A stretch of 64,000 nucleotides of DNA from a virus. The stretch covers positions 17,796 through 81,795 of IMG/VR virus record IMGVR_UViG_3300035034_002228; one strand, written 5' to 3'. The translations under genes were made by a program, and so were the position numbers. This document shows, one piece after another, positions 39,923 through 49,611 of the stretch (within the stretch, counting starts at the first letter, position 1; each line of letters begins with the position of its first letter). The notes below the pieces were generated by a model. It saw only the letters and a list, made by a program, of their open reading frames with translations. It made no database searches and was not told the DNA's origin.

Positions 39923-41548
39923 TTATCGTTGGTAGCGCTTTTGCGTACGGTCAACCAATTCTTCTCGTTCCGGGTTCCGAAGAATGGTCCCGTCGATCTC
40001 GGTCCGGATGTTTGGATTGATCCGGGCGCGACCATCAGGGTTGGTCTTCGGCTGGTTGTTGAATTGACCGACCTCCGCGATGGAGGCGTGCAGTAAGCGA
40101 CTGGTATCGGAAATCAAGCCTTTACCAAAGCCTTTCCCACGGCGGGCTTTGTCTTGTGGGATCAACATCGAGGTGATCCGGAAGATCTTGTTATCACCGG
40201 GGTAGCTGACCGTGTTCACTTCGCCGTGATCCACCGTCAGTCGTTTGGTGCAGGTGTTGAGCTTGAACAACCGTTTCAAGGCATCGTTCAGCTCATCGGC
40301 AGTCCACTCTTTGTCGTGGCGGCTTTGGAAGCCATACCCAAACAATGAGATTGCCGAGTTGAACTCCTCCGTGATGTAACGCAGAACCATCAGCTTCTTA
40401 TTGTACATCGAAGTTTCTTCGGTGTTGGTTTGGTAGAAGTGATGGGACAGGTCCGTCATGATTGTGTAGAAGAGGTCCCAGATGTTGTCCACGTAAATCT
40501 GTCGCTGTCGCAACTCTTCACGGGTCATTTCATCCAGTGACACTTCCTGGGAGCGCATGTGCGTGTCGATGTTCTCCAACACTTTCCCGGCGTGTTCGTA
40601 ATCCCCAAACACCATGTGTCCCAGAATGATCCGCCACTGACTAATGTCGTCAGCGTAGCTCACTTCCTGGAAACGGTCGGGGAAGGTATCGACGACGTAA
40701 AAGAAACCACCCACCAACATTCGGACGAAGTCGGTGTCGTTCTCTTTGGGAACCACCAGACACATCTCACCCGTGGGGTGTTTTCCTTTCAACGTCAGTG
40801 ATTCGAACACCGTGAACTGATCGCGCGGGTATTCCTTTTCACCGAAGTTATCACGCAGTCCCAATTGCACCTGAGTGCCCGCCCACTTCTCGAACGTTCC
40901 GGTGACTCCGAAGCGACAGAAGAAGTAATGTGCCAGACTGGTGTGAATGGGTTTGCGGTTATCCAAGTCCCGGTTACCACGGTTGCTCATCTCGTTGTGA
41001 ATCATCGACCAGATGACGTACACGATGCACCGTGCGCCGTTGGCGACGAAGTGGTGATCCGTACGTTTGAAGTTCAGACGCGTGCGTCGGAAGGGAATGA
41101 AGATCCCACCGTTGACCACCGAGAACCCTACGTCGGTCAACACCGGCGATACGTTGTACGTTGCGCCATTGAGTGTCATCAACCCACCGTCACGTACGAA
41201 CGGTAGTTGAATGAACCGTGGCATCAACGATTCACCGTGGTACGAGAACTGGTATTTCACCAAGTAAGTATCAAACTGAGCGATGTTGGCAATGCGCTTT
41301 GAATTGTACTCCCTTGTCAGTTCTTCGAAATGTTTTACCGGCGAACAGATTTGACTACCATCGTAAGTCAATCCTTCCGGGAACAACTCCTGGTTGATTC
41401 GGATCAAACGATCAATGTACGCCATAGTGCTGTTGACCCCAGTATCGGGATTCACAGACATCATGTGTTCAACCGCCAGTCCGTTTGTAATAGTCTTATT
41501 GAACGTGGGGGTTCGTTCTTTGATCCGTTCTAACAGTACGTTATCCAT
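39923..41548 (-). CDS. Non-virion RNA polymerase beta subunit, N-terminal part (phiKZ gp123-like)
   Basis: LPFV..GG.M.LNG.TY.VSPVL.D, YFFC.FG, YPGDN, LHASIAEVG, PDGR.RINP; position near the capsid gene. Start could also be 41572. Confidence 0.8.
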   Translation of the reverse strand: MDNVLLERIKERTPTFNKTITNGLAVEHMMSVNPDTGVNSTMAYIDRLIRINQELFPEGLTYDGSQICSPVKHFEELTREYNSKRIANIAQFDTYLVKYQFSYHGESLMPRFIQLPFVRDGGLMTLNGATYNVSPVLTDVGFSVVNGGIFIPFRRTRLNFKRTDHHFVANGARCIVYVIWSMIHNEMSNRGNRDLDNRKPIHTSLAHYFFCRFGVTGTFEKWAGTQVQLGLRDNFGEKEYPRDQFTVFESLTLKGKHPTGEMCLVVPKENDTDFVRMLVGGFFYVVDTFPDRFQEVSYADDISQWRIILGHMVFGDYEHAGKVLENIDTHMRSQEVSLDEMTREELRQRQIYVDNIWDLFYTIMTDLSHHFYQTNTEETSMYNKKLMVLRYITEEFNSAISLFGYGFQSRHDKEWTADELNDALKRLFKLNTCTKRLTVDHGEVNTVSYPGDNKIFRITSMLIPQDKARRGKGFGKGLISDTSRLLHASIAEVGQFNNQPKTNPDGRARINPNIRTEIDGTILRNPEREELVDRTQKRYQR

Positions 41549-41594
41549 CCAGACTCTCGCTTTGATCGTCACCGACTTACACCAGAGTCAGTGA

Positions 41595-42809
41595 CTACTT
41601 TTGTCGTTTCACGATCAAGGCCGCTAAGCCGAGACCGACCCCTACAACGCTAAGGAACAGTTTCCCAACTTCCACGGCGGACTTCCATTGATCGGTTTCA
41701 TCCTTCCGATCGCGGGAGCGCATGTCGTATTCAAACTTCTGACGTTCCGAGTACGTCTGTCGTTCAAACTCGATCCGATTGCGTTCCATTTCCATCCGTT
41801 CGCGTTGTCGTTCAACGTCCTCTTTATGGCGTCGGACCTCCTGGTCTAAACGTTCCTGTTCTCTTTTTCTTCGCGCGTCTTCTTCTTTATAGTAGTCGTC
41901 TTGACGCTTGCGTTCGGCATCCAGTTCGTGTTGTTCACGAGTGATCTCCTGTTTGTGTTTCTGAACGGCGATCTTCTCCAGACTCAAATCGTGTTCGGCT
42001 TCTTTCAGTTCAGCCTTGAATCGAGCTTCCGGAGACCCAAACGATTCCGCCTCGGCCCGGTTGCGGTATAAACCCAATGCTTTTTCAGCATCGGCGTACT
42101 CGTAAAATACCGTCTCCGGTTCGGAATTAATGGAGGATCGCGTGGTGACATAAACGCCGTCGCGCAGCTGTGGGTCGGATACAGATTTCAGTTCAAAGAC
42201 ATCGTAACCCGTATTGACCCATCGCTGGCCGTAGATACCTGAGTTGTCAACCATCAGGTACCGTTGTGTCAGCCCTTCTTCCAACGCGAACGATTCGTTT
42301 AACCGCTGTCGTTGTCCGGGTTGACTGAACGGATGTGCCACCGCGTCTCGGTGTTTCTCAAACCCGATAACGAGGTCCACGTCGTTCAAATAAACAACCC
42401 CACCTACCTTCTCTAGGTCTTCACGGGAAATACCCAAAGTGTAGGAGAATTTACGCTGATTGTACCACATTGGTTCATGTTCGAGCGTATACAATGCATC
42501 AACGATGCCTTTGCGCTCAACGTGGTTGTCCGGTAACTCTAACTCAGACAATAATTCACGTGCGTCAATTTTTACACCGGGATCGAATTCGTACTCGATC
42601 TTAATGTAAAAATACTCGTCTGCCGTTGTAGACACGGTCGATGGTTCGCACACCACAATCCCCAGCGCGTTGCGCCAAAAGATCGGAGTCCGCATGGTAC
42701 TACTCATTTGGTAGTTGACGCTGGTGTGTTTGGAATTAAGGTCTTTGTTGTTCGGTCCCGGCACCACATCTGAAATGAGCGACGGAAAAATGTGGTTTAA
42801 CCGTCCCAT
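41595..42809 (-). CDS. Conserved phiKZ-like protein with C-terminal coiled coil and TM anchor
   Basis: GGAG RBS; VDN, DGVY; long E/R/K coiled coil; terminal hydrophobic helix. Confidence 0.78.
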   Translation of the reverse strand: MGRLNHIFPSLISDVVPGPNNKDLNSKHTSVNYQMSSTMRTPIFWRNALGIVVCEPSTVSTTADEYFYIKIEYEFDPGVKIDARELLSELELPDNHVERKGIVDALYTLEHEPMWYNQRKFSYTLGISREDLEKVGGVVYLNDVDLVIGFEKHRDAVAHPFSQPGQRQRLNESFALEEGLTQRYLMVDNSGIYGQRWVNTGYDVFELKSVSDPQLRDGVYVTTRSSINSEPETVFYEYADAEKALGLYRNRAEAESFGSPEARFKAELKEAEHDLSLEKIAVQKHKQEITREQHELDAERKRQDDYYKEEDARRKREQERLDQEVRRHKEDVERQRERMEMERNRIEFERQTYSERQKFEYDMRSRDRKDETDQWKSAVEVGKLFLSVVGVGLGLAALIVKRQK

Positions 42810-42820
42810 TGACGTGCTCC

Positions 42821-43459
42821 TTAATGCGTGGTGCTGATCTCCACCGACACCACGCCTAGACTCATGCGCGGTATCTCATGGGGTTTCGGATGATCGTTCG
42901 GCCTTGTTGCCGACCGGTCTGTCGGATTCGACCTCTGACTCTTCTCACCGGAATGGTCTCCTTGTTGCTGCCCTGTGGTTTTGACGACGTACAGCGGACG
43001 GGGTCCGGGGCGTTTGGTTCTCCCCGCCCGCTGTGAAAATTTTTGCCGAGGGGCTCCTTTCGGCGTCTTGGCTTTTTGCAGTGCCAAACGTAACGCCGTC
43101 ATGGGCGGTTCCTCGTCTTTGTCCGTACAGTGTACCGAACCACTGAACTCACGAGCGACCGGTCCAATGGGATCAACCTGTATGGGTTCAGGGATTTCTT
43201 CCACAATGGCAATACTGCGAACCAACCCTTCTTGGTTCAGCCATTCTTCCTTTACCCACTCTTCCACATCGGGCATGAATGCGATGAGGGTTTCAATGGC
43301 ATCGTGATCGGTGAATCGTACACTGTGCGTGGTCACCAGTGTGTGGCAACCGTTTCGTTCAATTCGTTTTTGAGTCTTCGTGACTTCCGGAAAAGTCAGC
43401 TCATGGAGGTAGGACGTCTGCCCTTGTTCCTCCCAGGTGTTTATATCGAGATAATCCAT
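42821..43459 (-). CDS. Hypothetical protein
   Basis: GGAG RBS before ATG 43459 (MDYLDINT). The longer ORF call crosses a terminator, so it is not used. Confidence 0.7.
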   Translation of the reverse strand: MDYLDINTWEEQGQTSYLHELTFPEVTKTQKRIERNGCHTLVTTHSVRFTDHDAIETLIAFMPDVEEWVKEEWLNQEGLVRSIAIVEEIPEPIQVDPIGPVAREFSGSVHCTDKDEEPPMTALRLALQKAKTPKGAPRQKFSQRAGRTKRPGPRPLYVVKTTGQQQGDHSGEKSQRSNPTDRSATRPNDHPKPHEIPRMSLGVVSVEISTTH

Positions 43460-43489
43460 AGCGCTATTAACTCCACGTGGTTTCTTGGC

Positions 43490-43505
43490 CACGTTTATAA
43501 TGTAG
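43490..43505 (-). promoter_or_regulatory. Early-promoter-like motif (CTACATTAT...GTG) upstream of the nvRNAP-subunit operon
   Basis: Variant of TATATTAC with the same spacing to a downstream GTG as the three copies at 50.8-53.8 kb. Confidence 0.5.
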
Positions 43506-43530
43506 ATTTGAAATAAAATGGATTCTCGAC

Positions 43531-43560
43531 AAAAAAAAGAGTGCGGCACACACCGCACTC
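43531..43560 (-). terminator. Intrinsic terminator
   Basis: GAGTGCGG-TGTGTG-CCGCACTC-TTTTTTTT. Confidence 0.85.
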
Positions 43561-43650
43561 CCCGCACTGTCACCGCAGTGTGGGTATCATTGACTCATCA
43601 AACGTGGTGTAGTCAAGGTCTTCTTGGGGTAGGTCGATGTAGAATTCGTC
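43531..43650 (-). ncRNA. Candidate ~120-nt small RNA
   Basis: Bounded by an exact TATATTAC promoter and a T8 terminator; no RBS-led ORF; three hairpins. Confidence 0.45.
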
Positions 43651-43653
43651 TGA

Positions 43654-43661
43654 GTAATATA
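43654..43661 (-). promoter_or_regulatory. phiKZ-type early promoter core TATATTAC
   Basis: Exact consensus (CTATATTAC), intergenic, just downstream of a terminator. Confidence 0.65.
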
Positions 43662-43680
43662 GATGTTACTTTAATTGGGA

Positions 43681-43712
43681 CGGCATAAAGCCCGTCCCGA
43701 AGGACGGACCTT
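43681..43712 (-). terminator. Terminator with UUCG loop and TTTATGCCG trailer
   Basis: GGTCCGTCC-TTCG-GGACGGGCT-TTATGCCG. Confidence 0.8.
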
Positions 43713-43727
43713 ATTGGTGTAGGTGCC

Positions 43728-43958
43728 TCACGCACGGGCTGTGCACCGATTGCTCGGCGACATTGGGTCAGCTCCCAACTCGTGAGACTGCCACCGGATA
43801 CACGTTCGCTGGGGGGCAGGTACCCAGATAAGAACAAAACCGATGACTGCTTTGTGGTGGTACTCCAACACTTCCACCGTTTGACTCGCAGGCTGTGGTT
43901 GGAACACAGTGAACAGTAAACGCTTCGGGGCCAACAATGCAAACGCGTTTACTGGCAT
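43728..43958 (-). CDS. Small hypothetical protein
   Basis: 76-aa ORF filling the gap between the 43979 gene and a terminator; weak RBS. Confidence 0.45.
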   Translation of the reverse strand: MPVNAFALLAPKRLLFTVFQPQPASQTVEVLEYHHKAVIGFVLIWVPAPQRTCIRWQSHELGADPMSPSNRCTARA

Positions 43959-43978
43959 ATGATACTACACTCAGTAAA

Positions 43979-44626
43979 TTAAACGAGGGTTAACGGACCG
44001 TCGTAGTCTTCGGCCGGTACCCAGTACTCCCCATCGTGTACCCAATGTTCGTCCTTGTGTTTGAACTCACTACCTTTGACGGGGTTTTCGGGAATCACGT
44101 CCTGAGGTGGGTTATGTTGGTACTCGGGTTGAGACGGCGGCATGTAGGGGAACTGAATGTCCCGGATACTATCCCTGGAAGTAAACCGTGTCCCATTTGG
44201 ATCAATGAACACCACCGCATCCAACGTGTACGCGGTACCATCCGCGCGTTGGAAGATCTTACTGCAACGCAGGTTCTGTCGGACGTCCCCTTCGTACCAT
44301 TCCGACCATTCTTTTTCGTTCCCAGTCAGTGGGGTGAGGGGTTCACCTTCCACGAGACGAATGAACGCCGAAGCCGCCAACGCGGAGGAGAACCCGCTGT
44401 GGTTCTCTTTGGCGTGAGTCTGGACCAGTCGATACGCCGCCGGACCCAACATTCCATCGTAGTCACTGTCGGAATCAAACAAGCCAGCAGCTGTCAACTC
44501 ACGCATGGCGTGCGAGGTCATCTCGGAGCCGTTATCACGGCGGGTAAGTATACGGCGACACCAATCCCCGAAACGCTCTTTCCAGGTAGGGGTATGGGCT
44601 TCAACGGTGCAATCTTGTTCAGTCAT
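43979..44626 (-). CDS. Conserved phage hypothetical protein
   Basis: AAGGA RBS; HA.REL, HSGFS, PLTPLTG...EW, QN.RCS.IF motif set. Confidence 0.75.
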   Translation of the reverse strand: MTEQDCTVEAHTPTWKERFGDWCRRILTRRDNGSEMTSHAMRELTAAGLFDSDSDYDGMLGPAAYRLVQTHAKENHSGFSSALAASAFIRLVEGEPLTPLTGNEKEWSEWYEGDVRQNLRCSKIFQRADGTAYTLDAVVFIDPNGTRFTSRDSIRDIQFPYMPPSQPEYQHNPPQDVIPENPVKGSEFKHKDEHWVHDGEYWVPAEDYDGPLTLV

Positions 44627-44688
44627 GATTCTATCCTTTTTGGTGTGGGCTTGCAGTGTATTGTTGGGACTCCCAGTAATTCCCTAGA

Positions 44689-44720
44689 CGACATAAAAGG
44701 CGCCCCGAAGGGCGCCTTTT
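44689..44720 (-). terminator. Terminator after the major capsid gene
   Basis: AAAAGGCGCCC-TTCG-GGGCGCCTTTTATGTCG. Confidence 0.85.
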
Positions 44721-44747
44721 GTTACACTGGTCTCAGCAAGCGTTCGC

Positions 44748-47009
44748 TTACGGAGTAGTGGTACCACCAGTGGTGCCAGAGCCGTCTGTGTCAAGCTTGT
44801 TGAGGAAGACAGACTCACCCATGACGTCACGCAGACCGGATACGTCGATTTCGATCGCAAACGGAATGTTGTTAACGTGCAGGTTGAATGGCACGGCTGC
44901 AATCTCGCGAGAGATCTGACCGTTACGAGAGATCGGCAGGTCCGCAACGATGGTCGGAACGTAGTAGAACTGACCGAAGTTGAGGATGTCGTTCTCAACC
45001 GGGTTTTCACGGGTCGGGATGACCACGATCTTACCGTCGAAACGCTCGTTGTTGGTGGATACGATGTCGTACTTCAGGTAAGCACCCAGAGTACGGTCGT
45101 CGCCCTGCATCATCAGGTAGTGAGCGATTTCTTTATCGGTCGCGATGATGAACTTCGGACGCTCGTCTGCGTTACCAGTAACAGTCTGGTAAGCCGCTTC
45201 GATGTTGGAGTCGCGGTAAGCCGGGAACAGGATGGATTTCACCGTGTTCAGGATGGCTTGACACACGTCTTCCCAACGCTGGCCAGAGCGTGTGGAGTCG
45301 ATGACTTCACGCAGGTCCAGTTCAGCGTGACGATACGTCGGACGGATCATCGCAGACAGGGCACCTTCAACCGCACCGAACTTCGGACGATCATAGCCTG
45401 AGGAAGTCACTTCACGCAGCTGAGCCAGGTAGTTGAGCAGGCGAGTTACTGCGTTGTTGCTGTTACGGATGTTGGTCGCAACAGTCAGTGTCTTCACAAC
45501 GTCACCCGGGCCGTTCTCATCCATAGTGGACATCGGCAGAGTGATCGGGCTGTGCATCGGTACCGGGTAGCGGAACTGCAGGGTACGAGTCTGTACCAGC
45601 TGACCACGCTCACGACGGTTGGTGTTGGTGAAGCGGCTGTCGAGGTCGTAACCAACCACGTTCAGTTCACCCAGGGCGTTCAGCAGCGTTGCCACGTCAC
45701 CGGAAGTCTTGTCCAGTGCTTGACCTTCGGCGTCCAGTACTTTCTCAACCACAACCGGAGTTGAGTTGATCCAGGTGTCACCTTTGGAGAGGCTCACGGA
45801 ACCGGATACACCAACGCTCAGACGCATGGTCCATTCGCGAGAAGCGATTTCGTCCAGCTCTGCGCCAGTAGAACCGTCAACCGCCTTGGTACCGGCCTTA
45901 ACAACCAGATCTTCAGTGGTGAAGTTCAGTTGGGCGATACGGGTGTCGTTGGTCAGGCTCGGCTGGAAGACCGCAGTCGGCATGCGCTCAACAGTGAAGC
46001 GGATAACCTTCTTGTTGGTACCGCCAGTCTGAACGTACAGGTTCTTCAGACGTATGGCCGGATCGATGGTGTCGGAGGTGTCCAGCAGGTTGCCAGCGAT
46101 CAGCTGCTGACGGTTGGAAACACCGATCAGGTCGAACTTGTGGCCAACCTTCAGCGGAGCAGTCTTAACCACACCACCACGGTCCAGTTCGATACTCTTC
46201 GGAGCAACAACGGCCGGGTCAACGAAGACGTCAGAGTTCTTGCCTTTCTCGTCCACAACTGGGACCAGCTTGGTGCTGGCGTCTTCCAGAACGGACGGGT
46301 CACGGAACGCTTCAACCATGTTCACTTCACGGGTGTCGAACAGAGCACCAGTCACTTCGTGGAACACGTCTTTCAGAACGGCTGCGTAAGTCAGGTTCTG
46401 GGTAACGCCACCTTCAGTCGGGTTAACAACCACGGTTGGGTAGATGGCTTCACCAAACGCATCCTGACGGGAAGCGGCGAGGTTGTAAGCAACGGAGATG
46501 ACACGGAAGTCACGCTGGGACTTCTCGTTGTAGTTCTCCAGACCAGTGCTGCCAGACAGTACCGGCATGTGACCAGCAGGGCCTTCAGTCATCGGTGAGA
46601 AGTTCACCACGTTCGGGTTGTTGGTAGCCGGAGCATTGGTCATGCCGCGCAGGGCTTTCTTGTACCGTACTTCGTCGCCGGAAGCGAGGTTAGCAACGGT
46701 TGCTGCCAGGATCTGGTTTTCGCCGATGCGGGATGCGTCAGCGCCACGCTTGGCGTTGAAGCTTTCAAAGCCGAGCTTTTCCAGAGTGTCTTCCAGGGAA
46801 GTGTACAGTTCGCGACAAGCGTGAACGGATTCGTGATCCATTTCACCGAAAGATTCGGTGGAAACACGGGAAGCCAGTTCGCGCGAAACGCTCATCGGAC
46901 CACCGACGACATCGCCAGCGGATTCCAGGGAGGCTACAAATTCTTTCAGTTCGAAATCGCCTTTCATTGCATCGTGGCGATCCGAAAACAGTTTCTTCAG
47001 ATTATCCAT
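44748..47009 (-). CDS. Major capsid protein (phiKZ gp120-like)
   Basis: 753 aa; propeptide with S/G-x-E sites ending at GLE158|NY; YNL.ASRQD.FGE..YPT, TN.NRRERG, PFNLHVNNIP; strongly biased codons; synteny with DnaB. Confidence 0.9.
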   Translation of the reverse strand: MDNLKKLFSDRHDAMKGDFELKEFVASLESAGDVVGGPMSVSRELASRVSTESFGEMDHESVHACRELYTSLEDTLEKLGFESFNAKRGADASRIGENQILAATVANLASGDEVRYKKALRGMTNAPATNNPNVVNFSPMTEGPAGHMPVLSGSTGLENYNEKSQRDFRVISVAYNLAASRQDAFGEAIYPTVVVNPTEGGVTQNLTYAAVLKDVFHEVTGALFDTREVNMVEAFRDPSVLEDASTKLVPVVDEKGKNSDVFVDPAVVAPKSIELDRGGVVKTAPLKVGHKFDLIGVSNRQQLIAGNLLDTSDTIDPAIRLKNLYVQTGGTNKKVIRFTVERMPTAVFQPSLTNDTRIAQLNFTTEDLVVKAGTKAVDGSTGAELDEIASREWTMRLSVGVSGSVSLSKGDTWINSTPVVVEKVLDAEGQALDKTSGDVATLLNALGELNVVGYDLDSRFTNTNRRERGQLVQTRTLQFRYPVPMHSPITLPMSTMDENGPGDVVKTLTVATNIRNSNNAVTRLLNYLAQLREVTSSGYDRPKFGAVEGALSAMIRPTYRHAELDLREVIDSTRSGQRWEDVCQAILNTVKSILFPAYRDSNIEAAYQTVTGNADERPKFIIATDKEIAHYLMMQGDDRTLGAYLKYDIVSTNNERFDGKIVVIPTRENPVENDILNFGQFYYVPTIVADLPISRNGQISREIAAVPFNLHVNNIPFAIEIDVSGLRDVMGESVFLNKLDTDGSGTTGGTTTP

Positions 47010-47072
47010 TTGAAATACCCTACGTAGGAGAAACGGAATGTTTGCTTAGTAAGCATATCATCAGGTACACAC

Positions 47073-47603
47073 TCACGCAACTTTACGTTGCGGAAGCGAT
47101 CCCAGATAATAACGGAATATGTTGCTGGCGCTCACTTTCTCGAAGGAGTGCACATGCAACGCTTGGGCGATCAGTTCATCAAAGAATCCCTGATTGGACG
47201 AGAGCAGTCGGTTTGAAGGATCGGTACCAGAATCGTGCAACCTCTGCTGCACCGCGACCCAAGTATTCTCGTCTACAGGATTGAGGGTGTATACAGGAGT
47301 AAACTTTTCTCCAGCGGCCGTTTCCTTGAGTTTTTCGGTCTCTACACGCTCAGAAACACGGGTCATCAAAGACTCGTGTTCACCGCTGACCGCAAGGCGT
47401 GCCAACGGCGGTGGTGCCAACTCAATCCCGAGTTCGGCATCAAACTGGAAGGGGAACGCTTTGAAAGCTAACTCCATCTCAGCCATGTTCAACGGCGAAA
47501 GCTGTTGAGACATCGTATCGACATTGGTCAGTATTTTCAAAGATTGTCCTTCGGCTTCCAGCATGGCCACCGTTTCCGGTGTTGTGATGTACAGGACAGG
47601 CAT
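47073..47603 (-). CDS. Conserved protein upstream of the capsid gene (phiKZ gp119-like)
   Basis: 176-aa ORF between the capsid gene and the divergent DnaB gene. Confidence 0.7.
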   Translation of the reverse strand: MPVLYITTPETVAMLEAEGQSLKILTNVDTMSQQLSPLNMAEMELAFKAFPFQFDAELGIELAPPPLARLAVSGEHESLMTRVSERVETEKLKETAAGEKFTPVYTLNPVDENTWVAVQQRLHDSGTDPSNRLLSSNQGFFDELIAQALHVHSFEKVSASNIFRYYLGSLPQRKVA

Positions 47604-47669
47604 AGTCTTTACCTATAGCATGTAAGTGTAAAGGAATGTGGGCATGCATCTCATAGAAATAGGGACACC

Positions 47670-47678
47670 AAAAATTAC
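47670..47678 (+). promoter_or_regulatory. Possible phiKZ-type middle promoter element (AAAAATTAC)
   Basis: Fits AAannTTAC, about 50 nt upstream of the DnaB start. Confidence 0.35.
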
Positions 47679-47729
47679 GCAACGAATAGATAGTACGACA
47701 ACTTCATAATGCGCTTAGGATACCCACCC

Positions 47730-49268
47730 ATGTTTTCACCTAAACAATTACTGATCAATTGCGCGACACTGCTGTGTTTAGAGCACCGCGAAGGGGTGGC
47801 TACCTCTCCTTCCAATGAGTTGGTTTCCAATATACTCAACAGTCTGCCGATTCCAGAAACCACCATCGATCACGATCACGGTCGGCAAACCTTCTTGGAA
47901 CTGCGCTCGGCAGTGATGTGGTTGAACACTCGGACCGAGGACAACTTTCCCACCGACGCGGAAGTGCTACAACAGATTCAAGTGGCGTGCCGGGAAGAGA
48001 ACTTTCTGTACGAAGCGTTGATGACGGCGTTGATGGAAAAGTACCCAGACGTTAAGAGTGTGGTTAAGATCATCCAGTCGTATCGAGCGAATCTGAACCA
48101 ACATCTGAACGACGAACGCATCCTGGCGATCCTTAAAGAGTACAGTCACAAGTTTACTTTCAAGCGCAACGCGATTCATGACATCGCCGCCGAGGTCACG
48201 GAGATGGGCTCGAAGCTCGAACCGTTCTTGGAAGCTCGCACCAATCAGAAACACCCGGCGATGATGGGGTCAATGGACTTCGGTGATCCCGAAGGACTGG
48301 CACAACATTTCAAGGACGTGAAAGTAGCATTGTCCACAGACGGTGCCATCAAGTTCGGTTGGAAAGGCTTGAATCGGATGCTCGGTCGAGTGGGGGCGGT
48401 CCGTCGTGGGGAGTTCGTCACGGTCGCCGGTCTGCAACATAACTTCAAATCCGGGTTTATGCTGTCACTGTTCACCCACGCGGCTCTGTTCAACAAACCG
48501 CAACTGCGTGATGAGACTCGGACACCGCTGTTGTTGTTCGTCACGTATGAGAACGAGATCCCCGATAACCTGATGTGGATCTACAAGTACCTCAAAGAGA
48601 ACGAAACCGGGGAAGCGGTCGTCAACGTTGAGGTTGACGTCGAGGAAGCGGCGCGGTACGTCTCCGAGCGACTGCGGGAGACTGGGTTTGAAATCCGGAT
48701 GCATCGGTTTGACCCCAGTGACTTTACCGTGGCTTCCCTGATTGGGTTTCTCGACGGTATCTATGCGGATGGGTACGAGATCGTTGGGTTGCTCATCGAT
48801 TACCTGAACATGATGTCCAAGTCGGGCATTGACGCCAAGGTGGCGGGCGATGACATTCGTCTGTTGTTCCGTCGACTTCGAAATTACTGCGCCCCACGCG
48901 GGATTGCATGCATCACCCCACACCAGCTTTCCTCTGACGCACTGCAACTAACCCGTGAAAACGTGGAGGACTTTGTTAAGGTGGTGGCCAACAAAGGTTA
49001 CTACGACGGCTGTAAGCGGTTGGGACAGGAGCCCGATCTGGAGATGTTCATCCACATTCTGAAAGTCAACGGGTCCAGTTACCTCACGGTTCAGCGTGGT
49101 AAGCATCGGAACACTGTGACCTCTGAGAAAGACTTGTATGTGTGTCTGCCCTTCAAGGACATCGGTACGATTCCTTGGGATGTAGACAAAGACGAAGAGA
49201 TCACGCTGGGCATGCCCGGCGGGGGTGCATTGGGCACCGAAAACGAAGTGGCCTGGTGGGCCGAGTAA
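47730..49268 (+). CDS. dnaB: DnaB-like replicative helicase (phiKZ gp118-like)
   Basis: RRGEF..V.GLQHNFKS (Walker A variant), YENE, IDYLNM (Walker B), TPHQLS, QRGKHR; AGGA RBS before ATG 47730. Confidence 0.9.
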   Translation: MFSPKQLLINCATLLCLEHREGVATSPSNELVSNILNSLPIPETTIDHDHGRQTFLELRSAVMWLNTRTEDNFPTDAEVLQQIQVACREENFLYEALMTALMEKYPDVKSVVKIIQSYRANLNQHLNDERILAILKEYSHKFTFKRNAIHDIAAEVTEMGSKLEPFLEARTNQKHPAMMGSMDFGDPEGLAQHFKDVKVALSTDGAIKFGWKGLNRMLGRVGAVRRGEFVTVAGLQHNFKSGFMLSLFTHAALFNKPQLRDETRTPLLLFVTYENEIPDNLMWIYKYLKENETGEAVVNVEVDVEEAARYVSERLRETGFEIRMHRFDPSDFTVASLIGFLDGIYADGYEIVGLLIDYLNMMSKSGIDAKVAGDDIRLLFRRLRNYCAPRGIACITPHQLSSDALQLTRENVEDFVKVVANKGYYDGCKRLGQEPDLEMFIHILKVNGSSYLTVQRGKHRNTVTSEKDLYVCLPFKDIGTIPWDVDKDEEITLGMPGGGALGTENEVAWWAE

Positions 49269-49280
49269 CCAAAAAAAAAA

Positions 49281-49321
49281 GACGTTATAAAAGCCCTCCC
49301 CAGCGGGAGGGCTTTATGTCG
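49281..49321. terminator. Bidirectional terminator at a convergent junction
   Basis: AAAGCCCTCCC-CAGC-GGGAGGGCTTT; trailers TATGTCG (+) and TATAACG (-). Confidence 0.85.
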
Positions 49322-49324
49322 GGT

Positions 49325-49432
49325 TTACTTAGTGGCGCGACTCGCCACCCAGACGTAAGTAGCGCCCATGGCGGTGAAGAAAGCAACGGTACAGGCACGG
49401 CGATAATACTTCTGTTTTTTAGCGTCGGTCAT
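49325..49432 (-). CDS. Unlisted 35-aa membrane micro-protein
   Basis: AGGAG RBS; MTDAKKQKYYRRACTVAFFTAMGATYVWVASRATK; stop directly before the terminator. Confidence 0.65.
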   Translation of the reverse strand: MTDAKKQKYYRRACTVAFFTAMGATYVWVASRATK

Positions 49433-49446
49433 GACAGACTCCTTGA

Positions 49447-49611
49447 TTAGTTCAGTTGGCCGGTGAGGGCGCGGGATACCAAGATGGTACCACCGACCAA
49501 AGCGCCGGCGACCAGTCCGAAAACAGCGCCATAGGCTGCGCCCTTAGCAACGGATTTCATACCCAGTTTGGATTCGTTGTTTGTGGTTTCGTTGTTTGTT
49601 TCGGCGCTCAT
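49447..49611 (-). CDS. Unlisted 54-aa glycine-zipper membrane protein
   Basis: AAGGAG RBS, ATGA overlap with the upstream stop; MSAETNNETTNNESKLGMKSVAKGAAYGAVFGLVAGALVGGTILVSRALTGQLN. Confidence 0.75.
   Translation of the reverse strand: MSAETNNETTNNESKLGMKSVAKGAAYGAVFGLVAGALVGGTILVSRALTGQLN

Noticed and set aside
39923-49268. Introns or inteins in the RNAP subunit, capsid or DnaB genes
   Set aside because: The ORFs are continuous and of ordinary length, with no intein termini or homing-endonuclease motifs seen.
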